Assembly (NCBI GenBank): GCA_965662175.1
Contig: CBFIGT010000005.1
Span: forward strand, 1 to 57,252
Source of the DNA: Arcobacter sp.
GTDB lineage: Bacteria; Campylobacterota; Campylobacteria; Campylobacterales; Arcobacteraceae
DNA: 57,252 bases
Direction of reading: 5' to 3'
Position 1 is the first letter of the stretch. Every line of letters begins with the position of its first letter. The position numbers and the translations under genes were made by a program. Below the pieces are notes generated by a model, which did no database searches, was not told the DNA's origin, and saw only the letters and a list, made by a program, of their open reading frames with translations. Shown here in pieces: positions 46,641 to 57,252 of the stretch.

Positions 46641-47624
46641 TTATCTAAGTTTTTCTGAAAATTTTCTTAGACTAGCTTGAATATAGGCATTATGGTCAGG
46701 TATTTTTGAGGATTTTAAATCAAGTTCTAATTTTCCTAAGAAATCAAAAAGTTCTAAATATTTTTCTGGTTTTATATTTATTGCTAATCTACTCTTTTTT
46801 TCCCAAATATTTGAGGGTGGAATATAACCTAAAATCTCTTTTGGATCAGGTGTTCCCATTGTTCTAGCATATGAACTTATCATAAACAATTGATGAACAA
46901 AGGCATTAATTTGAGTAGTCAAATTTATCTCATTCATTCCCTCTTCAAGCAAAAAGTGTAAATCTTTTTTTATAGCTTGTCCTGAAAGTAAATTAAATAA
47001 AAAATCTTCTAAAGAGACTGTTCCTATCCCAAAACAGTGTATTTCAATCAGTTTTGAAGAGATAGACTCTTCATTTAAAATAGCTAATTTTTTCAGGTCA
47101 TTTACACATAAATTCAAATCATTTCTATGCATAAAATAGAGATGATTAAGTGCTGAGATTTCATATCTTAAACCTAAGGTTTTAGCCTCTTGTTCTAAAA
47201 TATAAATTGCTTCTTGGGGATAGGGAGTAAACATTCTTACACTTACACTGTTGTTTTTAGCTGTAAAATATCCACCCATAGCTTTAAAATCAGCATCACC
47301 CATACAAGCAAAAATCACTTTACTATCTTGATTTATATTACAAGCATCTATTAAAGCACTTGTCTCTTTTTTATCAAGTTTTTTGTTTAGTTTTATAAGT
47401 AAAATATTTTTACTAGCAAAAAGTGAAGATTGTAAAAGTTTATCTTTACAATATTTAAAATCATAATCATCAAAATATATTTTTTCAATCTCATCACCTG
47501 CAGCAACTCTTAAAGCAAGCATATTTGCATACTTTTCAATCAAATACTCAGACTGACCATAAAACATATAAGCTGCAAACTCTTTATTTGTTTTTAATAT
47601 ATTATCAAACTCTTTTTTATACAT
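46641..47624 (-). CDS. holA: DNA polymerase III subunit delta
   Basis: MYKKEFD...YMFYGQ...QSSLF; position between rnr and rpsF. Confidence 0.85.
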   Translation of the reverse strand: MYKKEFDNILKTNKEFAAYMFYGQSEYLIEKYANMLALRVAAGDEIEKIYFDDYDFKYCKDKLLQSSLFASKNILLIKLNKKLDKKETSALIDACNINQDSKVIFACMGDADFKAMGGYFTAKNNSVSVRMFTPYPQEAIYILEQEAKTLGLRYEISALNHLYFMHRNDLNLCVNDLKKLAILNEESISSKLIEIHCFGIGTVSLEDFLFNLLSGQAIKKDLHFLLEEGMNEINLTTQINAFVHQLFMISSYARTMGTPDPKEILGYIPPSNIWEKKSRLAINIKPEKYLELFDFLGKLELDLKSSKIPDHNAYIQASLRKFSEKLR

Positions 47625-49473
47625 TCTTAATAGTTCCAACAATATTTTTTGTTATTATATCACTTGATTTTATAATGACTTTTATTTTTGAAAAGAGTTT
47701 TTCTCCTCTAAAATTATCTAAATGAACTCTTAGTCCTGGAATATCTTTATAAAACTTAGCTACTCCTCTTTCCACATCAACTATTTGAGCTTTAAACTCT
47801 TCACCTATATGTTTATTTGCCCATCTAGCATATTTTCTATCTTCAAAATCCCAAACAAGTTGGTCTACTTTTCTTTCATTTTCAGAAATATGTGTACAAA
47901 TATCATCAATACCACTTGGTATTTTTTTTGTTTTTAACATTCTATGAAGGACTAAATCTGAGTATCTTCTAATTGGACTTGTAAAGTGAGAGTATGAATC
48001 AAAACCTAATCCAAAGTGACCTAAGTTTCTTGAAGAGTATTTTGCTTGTGATTGTGACCTAATTATCAAATCATTAATCTCTTCATTAAGTCCTGTATTT
48101 TTTGCTCTTTTTTGAATATCTGTTATTGTATCATGTACATTGGATTTCATTTCAGCTTTTATACCAAGTAAATTAACCGAATCAACTAATTTTGATATTG
48201 CTTGAAAAGATGGCTCTTCATGAATTCTAAAAATACCAATTCCCTTGAGTTTTTTACTAGCTTCTATATTTGCCAATAACATACACTCTTCAATAAGTTG
48301 ATGTGATGCTGTTGAGTTTTCTGTTACTATTGACTCTAACTCTTGATTATGATTTAGTTTTAATCTATTTTCACTACTAATAAAATCATAACCTTTTTTC
48401 AATCTTCTAGCTCTTATTTGTTTTGTAATTTCATATAAAGGTATTAAATAATCAAATATCTCTTTTTCAATTTGTGTATATTTATCTAATTGTCCCTCAA
48501 TTACCCTATCAATTCTCCCATAAGAGAATTTTCTATGGGATTTAATAATAGCTTCAAAAAGTTCTGATTTTTCAACTTCTAGATTTTCATTTAAATATAT
48601 CTTAAATACATAAGAGTATCTATTCTCTCCCTCTTTTAAAGAGCACATATCTTCACTCAAACTTGGAGGTAACATCGGTAAAACTTTATTGGGTAGATAA
48701 ATTGAGGTTGATTTTAATAAAGCTTGTTTATCAAGCTCACTATCCTCTTTTACAAAATATGAAACATCAGCAATTGCAACATATAAAATATTTAACTCTT
48801 TATCAAAATAGATAGCATCATCATGATCTTTTGCACTTGCTGGATCAATAGTTGTAAAAGCTAAGTTAGTCAAATCAACTCTAGCAGGATTATTATCATC
48901 CATTGAAGCTTCAACTTCTAAATATTTCTCTTTTCTAATTAGTTCATCATATAAATATAAAGAGATAAACTCATCAATTGAAGCATCTGTTTTATTTCCA
49001 ATTTTTTCAATAAGTTCAAAAGTTTTACTATTTATAATTAAAACATCTCCCTCATCATATTTTTCCCTAATACTCTCTTTTAATAAAACAGACTCTTTTA
49101 AGCTATAAATTGATTTATCTTTTATATAGACTAAAACTGGGCTTGCTTTTGTATATAAAACCCTTTCAACTTTTGCTTTAAATGAACTTCTTGGATTAAA
49201 AACTCTTTTTACTAAAATTAAATCATCATTATATGCACCTTTTAGTTCATTGATATCTAGTTTTATATTTTTATATTCACTATCCAAATCATTTAATATT
49301 GCACTTTTATTATTTACTTTTAAAATCCCTACTCTATATTTTGAGTTTAACTTATAAATTTCGTTTTCTATATAAACTATTTTTTCATCAATAAATGGTT
49401 TTAAATATTTTTTTTCGCTATCATTTAACTCATAATTGTTAGTTAATATTTTTTTAAAAATTGTTTGTATCAA
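47617..49473 (-). CDS. rnr: Ribonuclease R (RNB domain)
   Basis: TIDPASAKDHDDA, VAIADVS, LPMLP..LS, HFGLGF..YSHFTSPIRRYSDL. Confidence 0.92.
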   Translation of the reverse strand: MIQTIFKKILTNNYELNDSEKKYLKPFIDEKIVYIENEIYKLNSKYRVGILKVNNKSAILNDLDSEYKNIKLDINELKGAYNDDLILVKRVFNPRSSFKAKVERVLYTKASPVLVYIKDKSIYSLKESVLLKESIREKYDEGDVLIINSKTFELIEKIGNKTDASIDEFISLYLYDELIRKEKYLEVEASMDDNNPARVDLTNLAFTTIDPASAKDHDDAIYFDKELNILYVAIADVSYFVKEDSELDKQALLKSTSIYLPNKVLPMLPPSLSEDMCSLKEGENRYSYVFKIYLNENLEVEKSELFEAIIKSHRKFSYGRIDRVIEGQLDKYTQIEKEIFDYLIPLYEITKQIRARRLKKGYDFISSENRLKLNHNQELESIVTENSTASHQLIEECMLLANIEASKKLKGIGIFRIHEEPSFQAISKLVDSVNLLGIKAEMKSNVHDTITDIQKRAKNTGLNEEINDLIIRSQSQAKYSSRNLGHFGLGFDSYSHFTSPIRRYSDLVLHRMLKTKKIPSGIDDICTHISENERKVDQLVWDFEDRKYARWANKHIGEEFKAQIVDVERGVAKFYKDIPGLRVHLDNFRGEKLFSKIKVIIKSSDIITKNIVGTIKNV

Positions 49474-49528
49474 TATTTATCCTATTTAAAAGTTTTCTAT
49501 AATATAATTAATTATCAAAAGGTAAAAA

Positions 49529-50290
49529 ATGAAAATTAAGTTATTCTTCACGCTATTTGTAATTTTTATTACTCTTTCTTCTTATGCACAATCAAAACCA
49601 ACACTAATTTTTTATAGCGGTATAACCATGGTTAAACCAATTAAAGAGATGGCTAAAATTATTGAAGAGAGATATAATTGTACAATAAAAATATCACAAG
49701 GGGCTTCAAAAGACCTCTATGAATCTATAAAATTTTCAAAAAAAGGTGATTTATATCTTCCTGGAACAGAATCTTATAGATTAAATAATTTAAAAGATGG
49801 CTTTTTATTAGACTCTGTTTATATAGGTTATAACCAAGCTGCAATATTTGTAAAAAAGGGTAATCCTTTAAATATACAAGGTATTGATTCTTTTATTGAC
49901 CCAGCTATATCATCAATATTATCTTCAGAAAATGCAGGAAGTATAGGAAGAATGACAAAAACCATATTTATAAAATATGGTGGTGAAGAGTTTTATCAAA
50001 AAGCTTATGATAATGCAACTATAATAGGAACCGATTCTAGAAATTTAAATAGAGCACTAATTGATAATAGTGCTGATCTAACAATGAACTGGAGAGCAAC
50101 AGCTTATTGGGATGAAAATAGTAAACATATACAGATACTAGAAGATGCATCTAAAGAGTTCCCCAAGAAAAAATTATTAATAAATCTACTAAGTTTTTCA
50201 ACTCATCCTGATATAGCTAAAAAGTTTATGGAGTTTGCAATTTCAAAAGAAGGAAAAGAGATTATGAAGAAGTATGGTTTTTTAGATTAA
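49529..50290 (+). CDS. ModA-like extracellular solute-binding protein
   Basis: Signal peptide; GASKDL, GDLYLPG, VKKGNP, GSIGR, MKKYGF. Confidence 0.75.
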   Translation: MKIKLFFTLFVIFITLSSYAQSKPTLIFYSGITMVKPIKEMAKIIEERYNCTIKISQGASKDLYESIKFSKKGDLYLPGTESYRLNNLKDGFLLDSVYIGYNQAAIFVKKGNPLNIQGIDSFIDPAISSILSSENAGSIGRMTKTIFIKYGGEEFYQKAYDNATIIGTDSRNLNRALIDNSADLTMNWRATAYWDENSKHIQILEDASKEFPKKKLLINLLSFSTHPDIAKKFMEFAISKEGKEIMKKYGFLD

Positions 50291-50291
50291 T

Positions 50292-52313
50292 ATGGAAAAA
50301 CAAAGTCCTGTAAAAAAGCTTTTTTTATTAATTTTTATTTTTATAGTAGGGATTTTATCTTTAATTATATTAAACCTTTTTTTTACAAAACTAACTACAC
50401 AAATTGATAATAAAAGTTTAAACTTAGAATCTAAAATCTCAATAGCTGAATTTATAGTAACTGATTTATATAAAATTAGGTCAGATTTTTATGAATTAAC
50501 AGTTACAGCTACAAATGAAAAAGCTAGACTTTTAATAAAGAAAAGAATAAGAGATAAAATAAATTTTATACGTGAAGCCTTAGATGTATTGGAAAATGGT
50601 GGAACACTAAAAAGAGTAATAAGATTAAATATAGCAGGTCATTTAGATACTATGAAAATAGTAAAATACAAAAAAGAGGATAAAGATAGTATCTCCTTAG
50701 AAGCTATAGATTTAAAACCAAAACTTCAACAAATAGAGGTGATGATTAAAGAGTTAGAAAAACTTTTACAAAAAAGGGCACTTTATAAAGAGAGTAAAAA
50801 GTTTGATGACTATTTAAAAAATGAAAAAGAGATTAGTAGATTTTATAAAAATACCCCAAGTTTTTTCATAAGAGTTATTGAAAATAGTTCTAGGTCTTTA
50901 TATGAGGGAAATATAGAGCTAAAAAAACTTCAAAAAGCTATACTATTTGATAAAAACTGGTACTTTAAAATTAAACTAGTTTTAATAATATTAATAATAG
51001 TAACTATTTTATATCTAGGATTTAAAATAGCAAAACAGATAAATCATACCTCTTTAAAAATACTAAAACAGGAGTTTTTTACAAGGGGAATATTAGATGC
51101 ACAATCAAATATAGTTGTTGTAAGTGATGGCGATAAAATGATTGATGCCAATAAAGCATTAGTTGATTTTTTTGATGACTTTAATAGTTTTGATGATTTT
51201 AAGAAAAAACATGCTTGTATTTGTGACTTTTTTGAAAAAATTGATATTGAAAACTTCTTAGTAGATAGGGAAATAGATGGCAAAAAATGCTATCAATATA
51301 TTTTAGATAATCCTGATATTGATTATAAAGTTGCTATGAAAAGCAAAAATGAATTACGATATTTCAAATTAAAAGCTATCAAAACAAGTTTTGATAATAC
51401 AAACTCTATAATTATTGTTTCCTTATCAGATATTACAACTGAGTTTAATGTTCAAAATAAATTAAAAGAGTTAAATGATAACTTAGAAAATATAATTTCC
51501 GAAAAAACAAAAGAGCTAAAAGAGTTAAATGAAAATCTAGAAAATAGAGTAAAACAGGAGATTGAAAAAAATAGAGCAAAAGATAAAAAACTAATAGAGC
51601 AATCAAGATATGCTTCTATGGGTGAAATGATTGCAAATATTGCCCACCAATGGAGACAACCATTATCAGCTATCTCCTCAAGTGCTTCATCTACAAAACT
51701 ACAACTTGATTTACACTTAGCAAATGAAGAAGAGGTAAAAAAATCATTAGATAAAATTATGGATTATGTACAGTTTTTAACAAAAACAATCGAAGATTTT
51801 AGAAACTTCTTTAGACAAGATAGAGAAAAAACAAAGTTTAATATTATTGATATTTTAAACAACTCTATCTCTTTAATTGAAGCTAGTTATAAAAATAATG
51901 ATATTGAAATTATTACTAATTTTTCTAAAAATGAATTTTTAGCTTTTGCCCTACCAAATGAGTTATCTCAAGTATTTTTAAATATTTTAAACAACTCAAA
52001 AGATGCATTAATAAATAAAAACCTTTCAACAAAACTTGTAAATATCAATATTTATGAAGATGAAAATTTTAATATTATTGAAGTTCATGATAATGCATTT
52101 GGAATAGAAGAGGAGATAATCACAAAAATCTTTGATCCTTATTTTACTACAAAACATAAAAGTCAAGGTACAGGTATTGGATTATATATGACAAAAGAGA
52201 TTATCGAAAAACATATGAATGGATTAATTACTGTACAAAATAATAGTTTTACAATAAACTCAAAAGAGTACTATGGAGCTTGTTTTACAATATTCATACC
52301 TAAAGAGATTTAA
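50292..52313 (+). CDS. Membrane sensor histidine kinase
   Basis: Two TM segments, PAS-like region, IAHQWRQPL, NNSKDA, FDPYFTTK, GTGIGL. Confidence 0.9.
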   Translation: MEKQSPVKKLFLLIFIFIVGILSLIILNLFFTKLTTQIDNKSLNLESKISIAEFIVTDLYKIRSDFYELTVTATNEKARLLIKKRIRDKINFIREALDVLENGGTLKRVIRLNIAGHLDTMKIVKYKKEDKDSISLEAIDLKPKLQQIEVMIKELEKLLQKRALYKESKKFDDYLKNEKEISRFYKNTPSFFIRVIENSSRSLYEGNIELKKLQKAILFDKNWYFKIKLVLIILIIVTILYLGFKIAKQINHTSLKILKQEFFTRGILDAQSNIVVVSDGDKMIDANKALVDFFDDFNSFDDFKKKHACICDFFEKIDIENFLVDREIDGKKCYQYILDNPDIDYKVAMKSKNELRYFKLKAIKTSFDNTNSIIIVSLSDITTEFNVQNKLKELNDNLENIISEKTKELKELNENLENRVKQEIEKNRAKDKKLIEQSRYASMGEMIANIAHQWRQPLSAISSSASSTKLQLDLHLANEEEVKKSLDKIMDYVQFLTKTIEDFRNFFRQDREKTKFNIIDILNNSISLIEASYKNNDIEIITNFSKNEFLAFALPNELSQVFLNILNNSKDALINKNLSTKLVNINIYEDENFNIIEVHDNAFGIEEEIITKIFDPYFTTKHKSQGTGIGLYMTKEIIEKHMNGLITVQNNSFTINSKEYYGACFTIFIPKEI

Positions 52314-52349
52314 GCTTTTTTATTAAATTTTAGGTTAGTTTTGATATAA

Positions 52350-53402
<1,053 letters not shown>

Positions 53403-53405
53403 TTT

Positions 53406-53430
53406 TAAAGTAAGGATTTTCCTTACTTTA
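53406..53430 (+). terminator. Hairpin after ilvC
   Basis: TAAAGTAAGGA-ttt-TCCTTACTTTA. Confidence 0.65.
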
Positions 53431-53445
53431 TCATCACTTAAATAA

Positions 53446-54525
53446 ATGACTAAAAAAAAATCTCCTAACAAAAAAACAACTAGAAAAAATAGTTCAAAAA
53501 TAAGTTTTATAAACAAACTTTTAATATTTATCCTAATTTCACTAATTGCAACTATTGCTTCATATTTTATAATTCTAAAAAATCATAAGGAAAATAAAGA
53601 ACCTACACAGGTAAAAAAAGAACAAACTATTCCACAAATTAATAAAACTACAAAAGAGGAATTCTTAATCAAAAAAGAAGAGCCTATTGTTGATAAATAC
53701 GAAGAGTATACAAAAGATTTAGAAAAAGATTATATGAATCATAAAGATGATACAAATGATTCAATTAAAATAAAAATAGAAGATAATCTAAAACCAATAA
53801 AAGAGATTGTAAAAAAAATAATAAACGATGAACAAAAAATTGAGATAAAAGAAGAGAAAGCAAAAGAGATAATCAAAAAACCAAAACTCTCAATTGTTAT
53901 TGATGATGTTACATTAAAATCTCAAGTTAAAAAAATAGAAGAGATTGGATATAGAGTAAATATAGCATTTATGCCTCCAACAAGACAGCATAAAAACTCA
54001 GCAAAAATTGCACAAAACCTACCATTTGCAATAGTGCATTTTCCACTACAAGCAACAATAACAAGATTTGAAGAGGAAAATACTCTAAAAGTTGGTGATT
54101 CTTATGAAAAAATTGAAAAAAGAGTTGCGGAGGTTAGAAAATTATATCCAAATGTAGAGTACACAAATAATCACACAGGTTCTGTTTTTACCTCTGATGA
54201 GAAATCAATGGATATGTTTATTAAAGCATTAAAAAAACACAACTTCAAATTTATTGATAGTAGAACAACCTCAAATAGTGTAGCTAAAAAATATACTAAA
54301 AAATATGATATGCCATATATAGCTAGAAATATTTTTTTAGACAACAATAAAGATTTTGACTACATACAAAACCAACTAAAAAAAGCCATAGATATTGCAA
54401 AACGAACAGGTTCAGCAATTGCTATTGGACATCCCTACCCTATTACAATGGAAGTACTAAAAAAATCTAAACATTTATTAAAAGATTTAGATTTAGTTTA
54501 TGTAAACCAACTTCCTATTAATTAA
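53446..54525 (+). CDS. Divergent polysaccharide deacetylase family protein
   Basis: LSIVIDD, HFP, NNHTGS.FT, FIDSRT, RNIFLD, AIAIGHP. Confidence 0.9.
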   Translation: MTKKKSPNKKTTRKNSSKISFINKLLIFILISLIATIASYFIILKNHKENKEPTQVKKEQTIPQINKTTKEEFLIKKEEPIVDKYEEYTKDLEKDYMNHKDDTNDSIKIKIEDNLKPIKEIVKKIINDEQKIEIKEEKAKEIIKKPKLSIVIDDVTLKSQVKKIEEIGYRVNIAFMPPTRQHKNSAKIAQNLPFAIVHFPLQATITRFEEENTLKVGDSYEKIEKRVAEVRKLYPNVEYTNNHTGSVFTSDEKSMDMFIKALKKHNFKFIDSRTTSNSVAKKYTKKYDMPYIARNIFLDNNKDFDYIQNQLKKAIDIAKRTGSAIAIGHPYPITMEVLKKSKHLLKDLDLVYVNQLPIN

Positions 54526-54565
54526 ACTTATTCTATAATAATTCAAAATATTATTTTGGATAGTT

Positions 54566-55339
54566 ATGAGTAATTTTATTGATTTTGAGTTTGATGAGTT
54601 AAAGTATATGAAAAAAAAGCCTGAAAAGCTTTTTTATAAGGGAAATTTAGAGCTTTTAAAAAAACCAAAAATTTCAATTGTAGGCACTAGAAAGCCAAAC
54701 TCATATACAAAGCAATTTACTCATATATTAGCATCTAGATTATCAAACTTAGGGATTTGTATTGTAAGTGGTGCTGCAATGGGTGTTGATGCTATTGCAC
54801 ATAATGGTGCAGGTGAATATAACACTATTGCTGTTGTTGCAAATGGCTTAGATATAAAATATCCAAAAGTCAACTCATCTCTAATCTCCAAAATTGAAAA
54901 AAATGGTCTTCTCTTATCTCAATTTGAAGATGGCTATAAAGCAAGAGTATACTCATTTGTCCAAAGAAATGAATTAGTTGTTTCGTTAGGAAACAGTTTA
55001 ATTGTAACTCAAGCTGACTTGGACTCAGGTAGTTTACACTCCGTAAATTTTGCCCTAAAACAGAATAAAAAAGTGTATGTTCTAGCCCATAGATGTGGTG
55101 AAAGTTTAGGTACAAATAATTTATTAAAAACTAATCAAGCCGAAGCTATCTACGATATAGATGATTTTCTTATGAAATTTGAAAAAAATAACAAAAGAGA
55201 GATAAGCGATGATTTTTTAGAATATTGCAAAAACTCACCCTCCTATGAAGAAGCCCTCAAAAAGTTTAGCACACAACTTTTTGAGTATGAATTAAGTGGT
55301 AAAATCAAAATAAATAATGGTTTTGTACAACTTATATAA
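54566..55339 (+). CDS. dprA: DNA-processing protein DprA
   Basis: ISIVGTR, IVSGAAMGVDAIAH, F.QRN, SGS. Confidence 0.92.
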   Translation: MSNFIDFEFDELKYMKKKPEKLFYKGNLELLKKPKISIVGTRKPNSYTKQFTHILASRLSNLGICIVSGAAMGVDAIAHNGAGEYNTIAVVANGLDIKYPKVNSSLISKIEKNGLLLSQFEDGYKARVYSFVQRNELVVSLGNSLIVTQADLDSGSLHSVNFALKQNKKVYVLAHRCGESLGTNNLLKTNQAEAIYDIDDFLMKFEKNNKREISDDFLEYCKNSPSYEEALKKFSTQLFEYELSGKIKINNGFVQLI

Positions 55340-55452
55340 CCACTGTTAATTAATATTTAAATATTTAAATAATATTATAGTCTATTGTAATTAAGTGATT
55401 AAATAAAAAATATTTTGACTCTTGTTATATTCTCTTTACAAAAGGTTCTTAA

Positions 55453-57252
55453 ATGAAAAGCATCACCATCAAAGTTAAGTTGATTCTACTATTTATAATA
55501 ATTAAAATTATTCCTTTGTTAATCATCAGTTTTATTGCCTATGAAGGGGTTGTCAAACTAGAAACATATTTAAGTCAAAGTACAAGATTTTTATTTAATG
55601 AAAATAAAGAGATTATATTAAATACAGCAAATCAGTCTATTGAAGATAGTATTAAAAATCTAGATAAAAAGTCTCAAATAGCACTAGAGAGATTATCTTT
55701 TGAAATAGCTAAAAATGTATCTGATTTTCTTTATGAAAGGGATAAAGATATACTATTTTTATCAAATTTAGAATTAAATCAAAATATACTTAAAAATTTT
55801 TATCAAAGTAAAAATAGAGATATTATTCTACATGAAGATTATATTTATGATGATAATACAAACAAATGGGTAAGTAGCGCTGCACTTACCGTAGCTAAAA
55901 GAGAAAATTCAAAAGCAAATTTAAAAGATAATGAAAAAGAGTTTAACTACACAGACCCACTAAATTTTCAAACCAAAAAACTACCTATTTATAAAGAGGT
56001 TGTATATTTTGATTTAAAAGGAAATGAAAAATATAAAGTTTCTCAAATTAATAAAAATTTAGTAAATATTTCAAATAGAAAAAATACCTATATTAACTCT
56101 GAAAACTATTATGAGGAAATCAAAAATCTTAAAAAAGGTGAAATATATGTTTCTGATGTAATTGGTGAATATATTGGTACAAAAGTAATAGGAGATTTTA
56201 CAAAAGCAAAAGCTGCTAAATCAAAAATAGAGTTTGAACCTGAAAAATATGCTTATGCAGGAAAAGAAAACCCTGTTGGTAAAAGATTTGAGGCTATTAT
56301 AAGATTTATAAGTCCTGTTTACAAAAACAATAAAAAAGTAGGATATATCTCTTTAGCTTTAGACCATAGACATATTATGGAGTTTACAGATACATCAAAT
56401 CCAACAAGTACTTATGCTACGCAAAATATCTCTGATGCAAGTAATGGAAACTACGCATTTATGTGGAATTATGAGGGTAAAAATATCTCACATCCAAGGG
56501 ATTATTTTATAGTTGGATATGATAAAAATACAGGTAAAGAAGCAATGCCTTGGTTAAGTGCTGATATTGCAAAAAAATATGCTGAGTCAAATCTAGAGAT
56601 AAATGAGTTTTTAGATAAATATCCAAAATTTGAAGAACAAAGTTTAACAAAAAAACCAAATATACCTCAATTAGTTAAAGATGGAAATGTTGGTCTTGAC
56701 TGTAGATACTTAAACTTTGCACCACAGTGTGAGGGATGGATGCAACTAACACAAAATGGTGGCTATGGTTCGTTTATAATATACTGGAGTAAAGTTTGGA
56801 AACTATCAACAGCAGCTACTATTCCTTATTATACAGGTAAATATAAAAACAGTAAAAGAGGTTTTGGTTTTGTAACAATTGGTGCAAATGTTAATGAGTT
56901 CCATGCAGCTGCAAATGAGACAAAAAGAAATGTAACAAAAATCTTGAATAAACAAACAGAACAGATGAAAAATATCATTGATGAAAATAAATCAGAAGTT
57001 GATAAGTTTATTACAAGTTTAATTAATGAATTATCTTTTATAACAGCAATAATGGTTATTTTAATAATTGCAATTGCTATTTGGATGTCAAAATATATCA
57101 CTTCAAAAGTTGATAACTTATTAATAGGAACAAAAAAATTCGCTAATAATGAGCTTGATTATAGAATCAAAGTAACCTCAAATGATGAAATAGGAAATCT
57201 AGAAAAATCTTTTAATGATATGGCAGGTGAAATTAAGAATTTAATTGTTAAA
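55453..57252 (+). CDS. Membrane sensor protein with large periplasmic domain and HAMP (3' end runs off window)
   Basis: Not in ORF track. Starts MKSITIKVKLILLFIIIKIIPLL; ends with a second TM segment and HAMP (..DYRIKVTSNDEIGNLEKSFNDMA); output domain lies outside the window. Confidence 0.82.
   Translation, partial: MKSITIKVKLILLFIIIKIIPLLIISFIAYEGVVKLETYLSQSTRFLFNENKEIILNTANQSIEDSIKNLDKKSQIALERLSFEIAKNVSDFLYERDKDILFLSNLELNQNILKNFYQSKNRDIILHEDYIYDDNTNKWVSSAALTVAKRENSKANLKDNEKEFNYTDPLNFQTKKLPIYKEVVYFDLKGNEKYKVSQINKNLVNISNRKNTYINSENYYEEIKNLKKGEIYVSDVIGEYIGTKVIGDFTKAKAAKSKIEFEPEKYAYAGKENPVGKRFEAIIRFISPVYKNNKKVGYISLALDHRHIMEFTDTSNPTSTYATQNISDASNGNYAFMWNYEGKNISHPRDYFIVGYDKNTGKEAMPWLSADIAKKYAESNLEINEFLDKYPKFEEQSLTKKPNIPQLVKDGNVGLDCRYLNFAPQCEGWMQLTQNGGYGSFIIYWSKVWKLSTAATIPYYTGKYKNSKRGFGFVTIGANVNEFHAAANETKRNVTKILNKQTEQMKNIIDENKSEVDKFITSLINELSFITAIMVILIIAIAIWMSKYITSKVDNLLIGTKKFANNELDYRIKVTSNDEIGNLEKSFNDMAGEIKNLIVK

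Overview
Very AT-rich chromosomal window from a Campylobacterota bacterium, probably Arcobacteraceae (inferred from mqnE, the HP0268-family gene beside miaB/nusA, the ilvC-deacetylase-dprA order and the many sensor kinases). Positions ~1-23.2 kb hold an alcohol-oxidation island: an aldehyde dehydrogenase, a soluble FIST-domain kinase with an OmpR-type regulator, pqqABCDE (pqqA is missing from the ORF track), and a lipoprotein PQQ alcohol dehydrogenase with the lanthanide-type WDFDGVNE (D-x-D) motif of PedH/ExaF. It also holds a PedA1A2BC-like ABC system, cytochrome c550, a SoxYZ-like carrier with a metallohydrolase, a second ABC transporter and a DUF411-like protein with altered metal ligands. 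Six promoters in the island share one architecture, GCTAWA-N5-GCTATA-N9-(-10 box), which defines a probable regulon. A seventh match at ~34.1 kb points into a structured intergenic region that may be an sRNA. A BrnT/BrnA pair sits inside the island, and two REPIN-like ~99-bp repeats flank a two-lipoprotein cassette at 27.9-29.3 kb. The remainder is mostly housekeeping (pepA, thiS, FDH-like, bioF, can, mqnE, miaB, nusA, cysS, rpsF-ssb-rpsR, holA, rnr, ilvC, dprA). All calls come from motif recognition by eye; no searches were run.
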